NCBI RefSeq assembly: GCF_044324785.1
Contig: NZ_CP172127.1
Source: Escherichia coli
Lineage (GTDB): Bacteria > Pseudomonadota > Gammaproteobacteria > Enterobacterales > Enterobacteriaceae
Length of the DNA stretch: 64,000 nucleotides
Direction: 5' to 3' (one strand)
Numbering within the stretch: position 1 is the stretch's first letter; each line of letters opens with the position of its first letter. This document shows positions 20,297 to 29,817 of the stretch, one piece after another. Position numbers and translations under genes: made by a program. Below the pieces are notes generated by a model. That model saw only the letters and a list, made by a program, of their open reading frames with translations, did not search any database and was not told the origin of the DNA.

Positions 20297-20525
20297 GACA
20301 ACGTCCTGACCGGGGTATCCATAAAACACATCATCGCCCCCAGCAAACATGCATACATGAACGACAAACCGCGATGGTTTTCGCGTTCATGCAGGCATAG
20401 CGATTGATGTGCATATGGTCTCGCCTGACTGAAAGTGTTCAGTCCGTACGTGCCACGTTTTGCAACGAGTATGTTGACACGTACATTTCCGGAATCTGGA
20501 AATCGGCTACTCCCCAAATGAGGGC
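20297..20525 (-). ncRNA. mntP 5' leader containing yybP-ykoY-type Mn2+ riboswitch
   Basis: Minus-strand leader contains the hallmark motif TTGGGGAGTAGCC (plus-strand 20507-20519 region) and an ...AGACCATATGCACATC... segment; known long Mn-responsive mntP leader. Confidence 0.6.
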
Positions 20526-20661
20526 GCAACCTTAACATATTTTGAGAATATAAAACAACTGTTGGAATATATTATTTCATTGCTTTATTGATAACGATTT
20601 TCATTTAGATTTATATATCAATGAAACGTTAAAATAAATAACAAATAAGGGAAGGGGTAAT

Positions 20662-20718
20662 ATAGCCTAAGCTATGTCTGATTATTAAAAATACACTAAA
20701 CATAGCTTTGGCTAAATT
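20662..20718. promoter_or_regulatory. Two MntR-box-like palindromes upstream of the mntP leader
   Basis: ATAGCCTAAGCTAT (perfect 5-bp arms) at 20662-20675 and AAACATAGCTTTGGCTAAATT at about 20698-20718, resembling the AAACATAGC..GCTATGTTT MntR operator. Confidence 0.45.
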
Positions 20719-20724
20719 GATAAC

Positions 20725-21183
20725 TTATTGAGTTGAAACGAGAAGCTTATAAATTTTTTCCAGATCGTCGATATTTCGAACGCGGATTAACAGCCGACGC
20801 TGTTCTAATTGCATCACCAACACGCCATCTTCCGACAAGTTCATCGCTTTGATTCGGCTATATTCAATCCAGACATTGGCGAAGAAAAAACCTTTTTGTT
20901 TAAAGATGATCTTCGGAACGCGGATCCAGAATATATAAAAACCCATCAGAGCCAGTGCACTTAATAACCATGTTGTTATTAGCGCGCCATGATTCGTGAC
21001 GTTGTTATAGATAAGAATGACAATCAATCCGACGAAGATAACGCTATCGATGCGACCACGCCGGAGCAAAGGAATTGCCAGCAGAGTGGGGCCGTTACGG
21101 CGGGGCATGATGAACTGATCGTAGATCGCGAAGGCCAGGAGTGCGGCGATGAAAAGAATCAGTACCAGGTCCGTGATTGTCAT
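20725..21183 (-). CDS. yobD: Inner membrane protein YobD (UPF0266)
   Basis: 152-aa hydrophobic [43 protein letters not shown]... Confidence 0.85.
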
Positions 21184-21195
21184 TAATCCTCCAGA

Positions 21196-21222
21196 TAAAA
21201 AAACGGGGCCAAAAGGCCCCGG
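21196..21222 (-). terminator. Intrinsic terminator after manZ
   Basis: Minus strand reads ccggggcc-tttt-ggccccg followed by TTTTTTT. Confidence 0.8.
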
Positions 21223-21237
21223 TAGTGTACAACAGTC

Positions 21238-22098
21238 TTACAGTCCCAGCAGGCCGCAAGCGTAACCAGCGATACCGATGACGAAGAAGCCAACGATGAT
21301 CCACAGCGGGTTAACTTTTTTGCGTAGTAGCCACATACAGGCAAAGGTCAGCAGCAGTGGTACCAGGCCTGGCATTAACTGGTCCAGAATAGTCTGAACA
21401 GTGGTAACGTGTTCTTTGCCCGTCTGGTCAGTAATGCGAGAGACAACCAGCGGGATGTTGACATGCGTCCACTTGTTAACTAATGCCCCCATGACAAACA
21501 GGCCGAGGATAGACGCCCCTTCCGTCAGTTTTTGCAGGAAACCACCACCCATATCTTTAACGATATCGATACCTTTGGAGTAACCATACGCTACGCCGTA
21601 GTAACGGGTTGCCAGACGCACCAGGTTAAACAAGATGAAGAACAGCAGCGGACCTAACAGGCTGCCGCTCATTGCGATACCGGCACCAAGCGCTGCAAAT
21701 ACCGGACGTACGGTTCCCCAGAAGATCGGGTCGCCTACACCAGCCAGCGGCCCCATCAAACCGACTTTGATACCGTTGATAGCACCGTCATCGATCTCTG
21801 CGCCATTAGCACGCTGTTCTTCCAGCGCCAGGGTTACGCCGAGAATCGGCGCAGCCACGAACGGCTGGGTGTTAAAGAACTCCAGGTGACGGCGAATAGC
21901 TTGTTTACGAGCTTCGTTGTTCTCAGGGTAGAGGCGACGAATTGCCGGTACCATAGAGAAGCAGAAACCCAGTGCCTGCATACGTTCGAAGTTCCATGAA
22001 CCCTGGAAGAGGTTAGAACGCAGGAAGACGCCACGAATATCACTTTGAGTGAGTTTTTTCTCGGTGGTAGTTTGAGTTGTATCAACCATTTCGCTCAC
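21238..22098 (-). CDS. manZ: PTS mannose-specific EIID component
   Basis: 286-aa ORF MSEMVDTTQTTTEKKLTQSDIRGVFLRSNLFQGSWNFERMQALGF...; last gene of manXYZ. Confidence 0.9.
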   Translation of the reverse strand: MSEMVDTTQTTTEKKLTQSDIRGVFLRSNLFQGSWNFERMQALGFCFSMVPAIRRLYPENNEARKQAIRRHLEFFNTQPFVAAPILGVTLALEEQRANGAEIDDGAINGIKVGLMGPLAGVGDPIFWGTVRPVFAALGAGIAMSGSLLGPLLFFILFNLVRLATRYYGVAYGYSKGIDIVKDMGGGFLQKLTEGASILGLFVMGALVNKWTHVNIPLVVSRITDQTGKEHVTTVQTILDQLMPGLVPLLLTFACMWLLRKKVNPLWIIVGFFVIGIAGYACGLLGL

Positions 22099-22101
22099 CT
22101 G

Positions 22102-22902
22102 TTAGTCCAGTTCGTTATCGAGATCGTTGTTACCAGCAGCCTGAGCAGGCGCACCGGCTACGCGGTTGTATTTCGGGCTAAGTTGGATGTAGAGCACTGC
22201 CATAACAGTACCAATCACACCCAGAGCAACCAGGTTAAAGTTGGTGAATGCTGCGGTTACGAAGCCGAGGTAGAAGAACGGCATCAGGTAGCCAGCACGC
22301 ATCATGTTGATAACCATCGCATAACCAACCACCACGATCATGCCACCGGCGATATTCAGACCATTGGTCACCACTTCCGGAATCGCATTCAGCATGTTCT
22401 GTACTTCGCTGGTACCAACAGACAACGCAACGATGACGGCCGGAATAGCCACACGCATTGCTTGCAGGAACAGAGAAGAAACGTGGATCCAGGAAATCGC
22501 TGTCAGGTTGCCGTTATCAGCAGCCTTATCCGCAGCGTGCTGGAAAGCAACGGTAATAGTACGAACGATGATGGTCAGTACCTGGCCCGCAGCGGCCAGA
22601 GGGATTGCCAGTGCGATACCTGCACCAATGCTCTGATGACCTGCGATAACCAGAATAGTAGAAATGATGGAAGCCAGAGCGGCGTCAGGCGCAACTGCAG
22701 CACCGATGTTCATCCAGCCCAGCGCGATCATTTCCAGCGTACCACCGATAATAATACCGGTTTTCATATCGCCAAGAACGATACCCACCAGGGTACACGC
22801 GATTAGCGGACGGTGAAACTGAAATTCATCGAGGATTGATCCCATACCTGCGATACAGGCTACGATAAATACCAGCACAATTTGAAGAGTGGTAATCTCC
22901 AT
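22102..22902 (-). CDS. manY: PTS mannose-specific EIIC component
   Basis: 266-aa polytopic ORF; stop of manY is 3 nt before the manZ start. Confidence 0.9.
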   Translation of the reverse strand: MEITTLQIVLVFIVACIAGMGSILDEFQFHRPLIACTLVGIVLGDMKTGIIIGGTLEMIALGWMNIGAAVAPDAALASIISTILVIAGHQSIGAGIALAIPLAAAGQVLTIIVRTITVAFQHAADKAADNGNLTAISWIHVSSLFLQAMRVAIPAVIVALSVGTSEVQNMLNAIPEVVTNGLNIAGGMIVVVGYAMVINMMRAGYLMPFFYLGFVTAAFTNFNLVALGVIGTVMAVLYIQLSPKYNRVAGAPAQAAGNNDLDNELD

Positions 22903-22964
22903 TGTACTTCTCCTGTTTACGTAAGACTAAAGTGTGAAAACTGAGTGATAATCAACACAATACG

Positions 22965-23936
22965 TTACTTATCGATTTTGCTGATCAGATCCATCATTTT
23001 CAGTTTCGGATCGGTGGAAACCTTACGGACTTCCAGCTCAATACCGCGCGCATTCAGTTTCTTGAACGCCTCGATATCTTTTTCATCAACCGAAACCGCG
23101 TTATTCACCTGGGTTTTACCCTGACGGAATGCCATACCACCGACGTTAACAGAGGTGATTTTCACGCCGCCTTCAACGAGACGCTCTACATCTGTTGGGT
23201 TGGTAAATAACAGCATTACACGTTCGCCAGCATATTTCGGGTTGTTGTAGACGCGAATCATTTTGGCAACATCAACTACGTGTGCTGTTACGCCCGGAGG
23301 TGCAACCTGGGTGAGCAGTGTCTTACGAACGGTATCCGCAGCCACTTCATCACTAACAACAATAATACGGGAGACATTGGTTTCTTTGGTCCAGCGGGTG
23401 GCGACCTGACCGTGAATCAGACGGTCGTCGATACGCGCAAGGCCAATAACCATGTAGTCGTTTGGCCCCATTGGTTTTGCCGGAGTTGGAGCCGCTTTTG
23501 GTGCTGCGGCAGCGGGTGCTGGCGCAGCTTTTTCAACCGGTTTGGCTTTCAGTGCTTTCACGCCTTCACGGCCTGTTTCTACTGCCAGCGCAACCAGTTC
23601 ATCAAAGCTTGGGTCATCATCACGGGCCATTAACGTTTCCACGAGCATTGGAATGTTAACGCCTGCAATGACTTCATAATGCTCTTTGTCGACGACAATG
23701 CGGCTGGCAGCATTGAACGGGCTGCCTCCCCATGTATCAACGAGAAACAGCACGCCTTTAGTGGTGTCGAGTTTTGCCAACTGAGCGTTGTACTTTTCAA
23801 TCAGCGTTTCGGCATTTTCACCTGGAACGAAATCGATCCAGCCGACGTTTTCCTGCTCGCCTAACAGCATTTCTGCCGTTTTAAGCAACTGCTCTGCAGC
23901 CCAACCATGTGTGCCTATAACAATAGCAATGGTCAC
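22965..23936 (-). CDS. manX: PTS mannose-specific EIIAB component
   Basis: 323-aa ORF MTIAIVIGTHGWAAEQLLKTAEMLLGEQENVGWIDF... with Ala/Pro-rich hinge (KAAPAPAAAAPKAAPTPAKP) between the IIA and IIB domains. Confidence 0.9.
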   Translation of the reverse strand: MTIAIVIGTHGWAAEQLLKTAEMLLGEQENVGWIDFVPGENAETLIEKYNAQLAKLDTTKGVLFLVDTWGGSPFNAASRIVVDKEHYEVIAGVNIPMLVETLMARDDDPSFDELVALAVETGREGVKALKAKPVEKAAPAPAAAAPKAAPTPAKPMGPNDYMVIGLARIDDRLIHGQVATRWTKETNVSRIIVVSDEVAADTVRKTLLTQVAPPGVTAHVVDVAKMIRVYNNPKYAGERVMLLFTNPTDVERLVEGGVKITSVNVGGMAFRQGKTQVNNAVSVDEKDIEAFKKLNARGIELEVRKVSTDPKLKMMDLISKIDK

Positions 23937-24050
23937 TTGCTACCTCCTTTATTATCGTTAACACCTCAACGTGCCAGATGTATTTTTGAATCGTCGTCCA
24001 CAATCGAATCGATTCAGATAAGGGCTACAACCAAAAACCCCTGCGTTTCG

Positions 24051-24101
24051 CGATTTATTTTAGATATCGAAAAAATTATTTTATGTGATGAAGATCCGTA
24101 A
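24051..24101. promoter_or_regulatory. Candidate Mlc/NagC-type operator and CRP-like half-site in the manX-yoaE divergent region
   Basis: TTATTTTAGATATCGAAAAAATTATTTTA (A/T arms around a central CG) followed by TGTGATGAAGATCCGTA; manX is a known Mlc/CRP target. Pattern-based only. Confidence 0.3.
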
Positions 24102-24398
24102 TTTAACTTTCGATTAGCAGAAATTTCGAAAGGTAAAATATCCTTGTCACATTCGTTTGCAAAGGAAGGTAAATCTTTGCCAAATCAGAGGCGTCTCTGA
24201 TATGTTTAACTCCCGTTTAACAACCATGGAGTATAGGGCAGTAGCCCGCAGTATGGATCGTCACCGACGTCATTTCAGCATCAGGCCTTTTAACGCCTGC
24301 CTTTCTGGCACTCTATGCCGCACCTTTCGTTTGCATTTTGTCGTTACGCCTGCATTATTTCTGGCGTCGAATAGCTATTCCTTAAGCAGGAGCTTGTC

Positions 24399-25955
24399 AT
24401 GGAATTCTTAATGGACCCCTCAATTTGGGCGGGGCTACTCACGCTTGTTGTTCTCGAAATTGTGCTGGGTATCGATAACCTGGTCTTCATCGCCATTCTT
24501 GCTGACAAACTGCCGCCAAAACAACGCGATAAAGCGCGTTTGCTGGGATTATCACTGGCGCTGATTATGCGTCTGGGGCTGCTGTCGCTGATTTCATGGA
24601 TGGTCACGCTGACCAAACCGCTATTTACCGTCATGGATTTCTCCTTCTCCGGACGTGACCTGATTATGTTGTTCGGGGGAATATTCTTGCTGTTCAAAGC
24701 AACAACCGAACTGCATGAACGGCTGGAAAACCGCGATCATGATTCCGGTCACGGTAAAGGCTACGCCAGTTTCTGGGTGGTCGTCACACAGATCGTCATC
24801 CTTGACGCCGTCTTCTCGTTGGATGCGGTAATTACGGCAGTAGGGATGGTTAACCATCTGCCAGTGATGATGGCGGCGGTAGTGATTGCGATGGCGGTTA
24901 TGCTGCTGGCATCGAAACCGCTGACGCGATTTGTTAACCAGCATCCAACGGTGGTGGTGCTCTGTCTGAGCTTCCTGTTAATGATTGGTCTGAGTCTGGT
25001 GGCAGAAGGTTTCGGTTTCCACATTCCGAAAGGTTACCTGTATGCCGCGATTGGCTTCTCGATCATCATCGAAGTGTTTAACCAGATTGCGCGTCGCAAC
25101 TTTATTCGTCACCAGTCGACTTTGCCGCTGCGAGCGCGTACTGCCGATGCCATCCTGCGTTTGATGGGCGGGAAACGTCAGGCCAATGTTCAGCACGATG
25201 CCGATAACCCGATGCCGATGCCGATCCCGGAAGGTGCATTTGCCGAAGAAGAACGTTACATGATTAACGGCGTACTCACGCTGGCGTCGCGTTCTCTGCG
25301 CGGGATCATGACGCCGCGCGGTGAAATAAGCTGGGTTGACGCTAATCTCGGGGTCGATGAAATCCGCGAGCAGCTGCTCTCCTCACCGCACAGCCTGTTC
25401 CCGGTATGTCGCGGTGAACTGGATGAAATCATCGGAATCGTACGTGCTAAAGAACTGCTGGTGGCGCTGGAAGAGGGCGTTGATGTGGCGGCGATTGCTT
25501 CGGCGTCTCCGGCGATTATCGTCCCTGAAACCCTCGATCCGATCAACCTGCTGGGCGTGCTGCGTCGTGCTCGCGGGAGCTTTGTTATCGTGACCAACGA
25601 GTTTGGTGTGGTACAAGGCTTGGTCACGCCGCTGGATGTGCTGGAAGCCATTGCGGGTGAATTCCCGGACGCTGACGAAACGCCGGAAATCATTACTGAT
25701 GGTGACGGCTGGCTGGTAAAAGGCGGTACAGATTTGCATGCCTTGCAGCAGGCGCTTGATGTTGAGCACCTTGCCGATGACGATGATATCGCGACGGTCG
25801 CGGGCCTCGTGATCTCGGCAAATGGTCACATTCCCCGTGTGGGCGATGTGATTGATGTAGGTCCACTGCATATCACCATCATTGAAGCCAATGATTATCG
25901 TGTTGATCTGGTTCGCATTGTTAAAGAGCAACCGGCGCACGATGAAGATGAGTAA
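24399..25955 (+). CDS. yoaE: TerC-family membrane protein with CBS/CorC C-terminal domains, YoaE
   Basis: 518-aa ORF: N-terminal polytopic TerC-like half, C-terminal soluble CBS-pair and transporter-associated region. Confidence 0.9.
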
Positions 25956-25958
25956 GCG

Positions 25959-27557
25959 TTAACGTAACGGCATAACGGGCGTGATATGTCCATTATGCCG
26001 GGCGGGCGGCGGTTGGCTGCCCGCCAGCCATTTGGGAAAATCACGTAGCGGCATCGGCTGTGCGTACAAATACCCTTGCAAAATATGCACGCCATGACGG
26101 CGCAAATACTTCGCCTGTTCTTGCGTTTCCACGCCCTCCGCCACCAGTTCAATATTCAGTCTTTGCCCCAGCGCGATGATGATATCGGTCACCGTCGAGT
26201 TAACCGCGTCAGAACCTATAGCTGCGGTAAATGACTTATCAATTTTCAGCACGTCAGGACGTAATGTTTCAAGCCAGGAAAACGAGCTGTTGCCGGTGCC
26301 GAAGTCATCAATCGCCAGTTTGACGTTTTTACGATGCAGCTCGCGGGCAATCCGATAATCCACATCCAGTAAGGCATCGCGTTCGGTGATTTCGAGGATC
26401 AGTTGCTGAATCGGGTGAGCGCTAAACCAGTACTGATTGAGATCTTTTATCAGCACACCACGGCGAAAATGGCTGGGTGCGACGTTAATGCCAACATGAA
26501 ACTGACTACTCATAGGGAAAACATGGCGCTGACGAATGGTTTCTGCCATCACATAGCGGGTCAGTGGCACAATTAAATGATGTTCTTCCGCGATAGGAAT
26601 AAACACATCCGGTGAAATCCAGCCCTGACGCGGATTGTTCCAGCGCAGCAAAATCTCTACACCAATACATTGCTGGCTGCGCGCATTAAGCAAAGGCTGA
26701 CAGAACAATTCGAACTCATGTTGCGCCAGGCCCAGATTGATTTCACGGGAAAAACTCATCCGGTAAGCGGTCGCCAGCCAGGCGATATAGCCCACAAGTA
26801 AACTTAGAAGCACCGCCAGCGGTAATTGTGTTGGAAGATAGTGCCATGCCAGCGCCGTAGCCCCCGGACCATTAACGTTAATGGTAAAAGGAAAGCGTTG
26901 CGAAGAAACCTGATAGTTTTCATTGTCTTCAGGTTGCGGAAGGGTATCTACCAGCCCATTACCATAGAGCAAATGCCGATTGTCCACCGTCAGGCTGGCG
27001 CTACTGATTTGCGGCAGTTGTGGCTCAAGCAGCATTGCCGCCAGTAAGTCGATGTTAATCATCTCCATGACCCCAGCATTGCTACTGCCCGCTGCTGGCG
27101 TCCATTGAATCAAAACCGGACTGCCTTTAATCAGGGCACGGTCGATCGTCAGGCGTAAAAGTGGTTGCGGTGCAGGAAGTTCAGCCAGAATGTCCACGAC
27201 GGGCACATTGCGATAACCAAAAATGCTGGAGCAATAAAGTGTGCCGTCTTGCACCAGGCCAATGGATCGCACAGTTTGGAGTTTTGCCGCCTGTTTACGT
27301 AATGGCAAATGGGCGACAGAGCAGGGCAGACCAATTAGCGGAAGTAAGACTTCGCTACCTGCCTGTAGGGGAAGCAGTACTTTATCTAATTCCTCTACAG
27401 CGTGATTGGCGAATTGTACTACCCGTTGTTGATTTAAGTTACGCTGTGAAATAAATCGCACGCTCAGGGTCGAAGCGAGCGTAACGAGTGCGCAAATCGT
27501 ACAAACAATCATTCGATTACGGCGATAGGTTTTAATGATCCGTTGTGCTTTTTGCAT
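25959..27557 (-). CDS. pdeD: c-di-GMP phosphodiesterase PdeD (YoaD), CSS-motif sensor plus EAL domain
   Basis: Track ORF 25959..27587 trimmed to MQKAQRIIKTYRRNRMIVCTI... (532 aa); EAL-domain motifs EITER, DDFGTG and QGYLY visible. Confidence 0.85.
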   Translation of the reverse strand: MQKAQRIIKTYRRNRMIVCTICALVTLASTLSVRFISQRNLNQQRVVQFANHAVEELDKVLLPLQAGSEVLLPLIGLPCSVAHLPLRKQAAKLQTVRSIGLVQDGTLYCSSIFGYRNVPVVDILAELPAPQPLLRLTIDRALIKGSPVLIQWTPAAGSSNAGVMEMINIDLLAAMLLEPQLPQISSASLTVDNRHLLYGNGLVDTLPQPEDNENYQVSSQRFPFTINVNGPGATALAWHYLPTQLPLAVLLSLLVGYIAWLATAYRMSFSREINLGLAQHEFELFCQPLLNARSQQCIGVEILLRWNNPRQGWISPDVFIPIAEEHHLIVPLTRYVMAETIRQRHVFPMSSQFHVGINVAPSHFRRGVLIKDLNQYWFSAHPIQQLILEITERDALLDVDYRIARELHRKNVKLAIDDFGTGNSSFSWLETLRPDVLKIDKSFTAAIGSDAVNSTVTDIIIALGQRLNIELVAEGVETQEQAKYLRRHGVHILQGYLYAQPMPLRDFPKWLAGSQPPPARHNGHITPVMPLR

Positions 27558-27687
27558 GCGGGCCACCCTGTAAGCGTATGGCGACAAACGCCTGACGCAA
27601 CAGTGGAAGTGTAGTGGGGAAAATTACAGCAGACGAGAAAGCGGGGATAAATTCGCCCATCCGTTGCAGATGGGCGAGAAAGAAGTA

Positions 27688-29052
27688 TTAGTCACACTGG
27701 ACTTTGATTGCCAGACCACCGCGTGAGGTTTCGCGGTATTTGGCGTTCATGTCCTTACCGGTTTCGTACATCGTTTCGATAACCTTATCTAGCGAGACGC
27801 GCGGTGCGCTGGTGCGGCGCAGAGCCATCCGTGCGGCGTTAATCGCCTTCACAGAGGCAATAGCATTACGCTCAATGCACGGCACCTGAACCTGCCCTGC
27901 AACAGGGTCACAGGTCAGACCGAGGTTGTGCTCCATGCCAATTTCCGCCGCCACACAAACCTGTTCCGGGCTACCGCCCAACAGCTCGGCAAGGCCCGCA
28001 GCAGCCATTGAACAGGCAACACCCACTTCGCCCTGGCAACCAACTTCCGCACCGGAAATAGAGGCGTTCATTTTATACAATGCACCAATCGCGCCCGCTG
28101 CCATAAAGTAACGGGTATAGATGTCCGGGCTGACCGATTCAATAAAGTGGTCATAGTAAGCCAGCACTGCCGGAACGATACCGCAGGCACCGTTGGTTGG
28201 CGCAGTTACCACACGACCACCGGCGGCGTTTTCTTCGTTAACTGCCAGCGCAAACATGTTTACCCAGTCAATGACATTCATCGGATCGTTAGACAGTTTA
28301 TCGCTGGAAACCAGCATCCGGCGCAGGGCAGACGCACGACGCGGCACGCGCAGCGGGCCTGGCAGTACGCCTTCGGTGTTCATCCCGCGATCGATACATG
28401 CCTGCATGGTTTGCCAGACATGCGCGAAATACTCGTCGATCTCTTTCTTGCTGTGCAGCGCCAGTTCATTCTGCATAGCGAGACCAGACAGCGAATAGCC
28501 GGTTTCGTTACAGTACGCGAGCAGTTCGGTGGCAGATTTGAACGGATACGGCACGCTCACTTCGTTGGCGGCATCCTGACCAAAGTGTTCTTCATCGACG
28601 ATAAAACCGCCGCCGATGGAATAATAAGTTTTGCTGTAGACGACTTCATCGCCATTATAGGCGTGGATTTGCATACCGTTTTCATGCAGCGGCAGGTTAC
28701 CGTTATGAAAACGCATCCCGTTGTCGCGCGGGAAATCCACTTCATGCCGTCCCTGTGCCAGCAGCAGACGTTCGCGCTCTTCTACGTCGCGAATAAAACC
28801 GGGAATACTGTCGATATCCACGGTGGCAGGTTCGTTACCTGCAAGACCCATAATAATGGCGATATCGGTGTGGTGGCCTTTACCCGTCAGCGACAGTGAA
28901 CCATAAACGTCCACGGCAACGCGAGTAACGCTATCCAGTAAGCCTTTTTCGACCAGATCATCGACGAACTGTTTACCCGCCTTCATAGGCCCTACGGTAT
29001 GGGAAGATGAGGGACCAATCCCCACCTTAAACATGTCGAATAGACTAATCAC
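27688..29052 (-). CDS. sdaA: L-serine dehydratase 1
   Basis: 454-aa [32 protein letters not shown]... recognised as SdaA. Confidence 0.9.
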   Translation of the reverse strand: MISLFDMFKVGIGPSSSHTVGPMKAGKQFVDDLVEKGLLDSVTRVAVDVYGSLSLTGKGHHTDIAIIMGLAGNEPATVDIDSIPGFIRDVEERERLLLAQGRHEVDFPRDNGMRFHNGNLPLHENGMQIHAYNGDEVVYSKTYYSIGGGFIVDEEHFGQDAANEVSVPYPFKSATELLAYCNETGYSLSGLAMQNELALHSKKEIDEYFAHVWQTMQACIDRGMNTEGVLPGPLRVPRRASALRRMLVSSDKLSNDPMNVIDWVNMFALAVNEENAAGGRVVTAPTNGACGIVPAVLAYYDHFIESVSPDIYTRYFMAAGAIGALYKMNASISGAEVGCQGEVGVACSMAAAGLAELLGGSPEQVCVAAEIGMEHNLGLTCDPVAGQVQVPCIERNAIASVKAINAARMALRRTSAPRVSLDKVIETMYETGKDMNAKYRETSRGGLAIKVQCD

Positions 29053-29235
29053 GATAATACTCCTGACAAGGTGACTGGACTTCCAGTAACGAACTAATAA
29101 CAGCGCATAGTGTAAGAGGGAACGCGGCGACTGGCTTAACTATTCACATGAATTAAACTAATCAAAAACCGCGATTTAACTAATATTGCGATGATTGTCT
29201 CAAGTAGTGTTTTGTAGATGTAAAGATAAGTATAG

Positions 29236-29814
29236 TCAGGGTTTCACACCAATTTGCAGCGCCAGTTCACGAATTATGCCTGCGGTCATTCCCCATACAA
29301 AATACTGTTCGTACCAGGACAGCCATACCCGATGTGAATCGCCACGGCGGTAGATATCTAAAGGGTGATAACGACCCAGATGTAATGCCTGGGCGAGCGG
29401 CATTTCAAACACCGCCGAGACTTCATCTTCACTGGCGCGATACGGCAGATCGGGCGGGATAATGCCGACCACCGGGGTTACCTGGTAGCCAGTTACGCTA
29501 TCGACGGGCGGCAGCACGCCGATAACTTCAACGGCGGAAGGCGGTATAGCGACCTCTTCTTCAGCTTCGCGCAGCGCGGCGGCGATAACTGATGTGTCCG
29601 TGTCATCGACTGCACCTCCAGGGAATGCCACTTGTCCGGCGTGTTTACGCAGATGAATCGAACGCTGAGTCAGCAATAACCCCGGTTGCGGTCGACGGAC
29701 GATGGGGATTAACACGGCAGCCTGACGATGATTTAGGGTTTCCCGGTTAATTTGCGGGCGCAAAAGTTGAAAGCGCGATAAAAAATCATCAAGCGTCAGG
29801 CTACGGTATTCCAC
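29236..29814 (-). CDS. nudL: Nudix CoA pyrophosphohydrolase NudL
   Basis: 192-aa ORF with Nudix box ([23 protein letters not shown]); start 3 nt after the pabB stop. Confidence 0.85.
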   Translation of the reverse strand: MEYRSLTLDDFLSRFQLLRPQINRETLNHRQAAVLIPIVRRPQPGLLLTQRSIHLRKHAGQVAFPGGAVDDTDTSVIAAALREAEEEVAIPPSAVEVIGVLPPVDSVTGYQVTPVVGIIPPDLPYRASEDEVSAVFEMPLAQALHLGRYHPLDIYRRGDSHRVWLSWYEQYFVWGMTAGIIRELALQIGVKP

Positions 29815-29817
29815 GTC

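Noticed and set aside
24157-24411. 84-aa plus-strand ORF in the yoaE leader
   Set aside because: Runs into the yoaE start in another frame and has no ribosome-binding site; more likely untranslated leader sequence.
28147-28899. 250-aa plus-strand ORF inside sdaA
   Set aside because: Antisense to a confidently recognised, conserved enzyme gene; no independent start signals.
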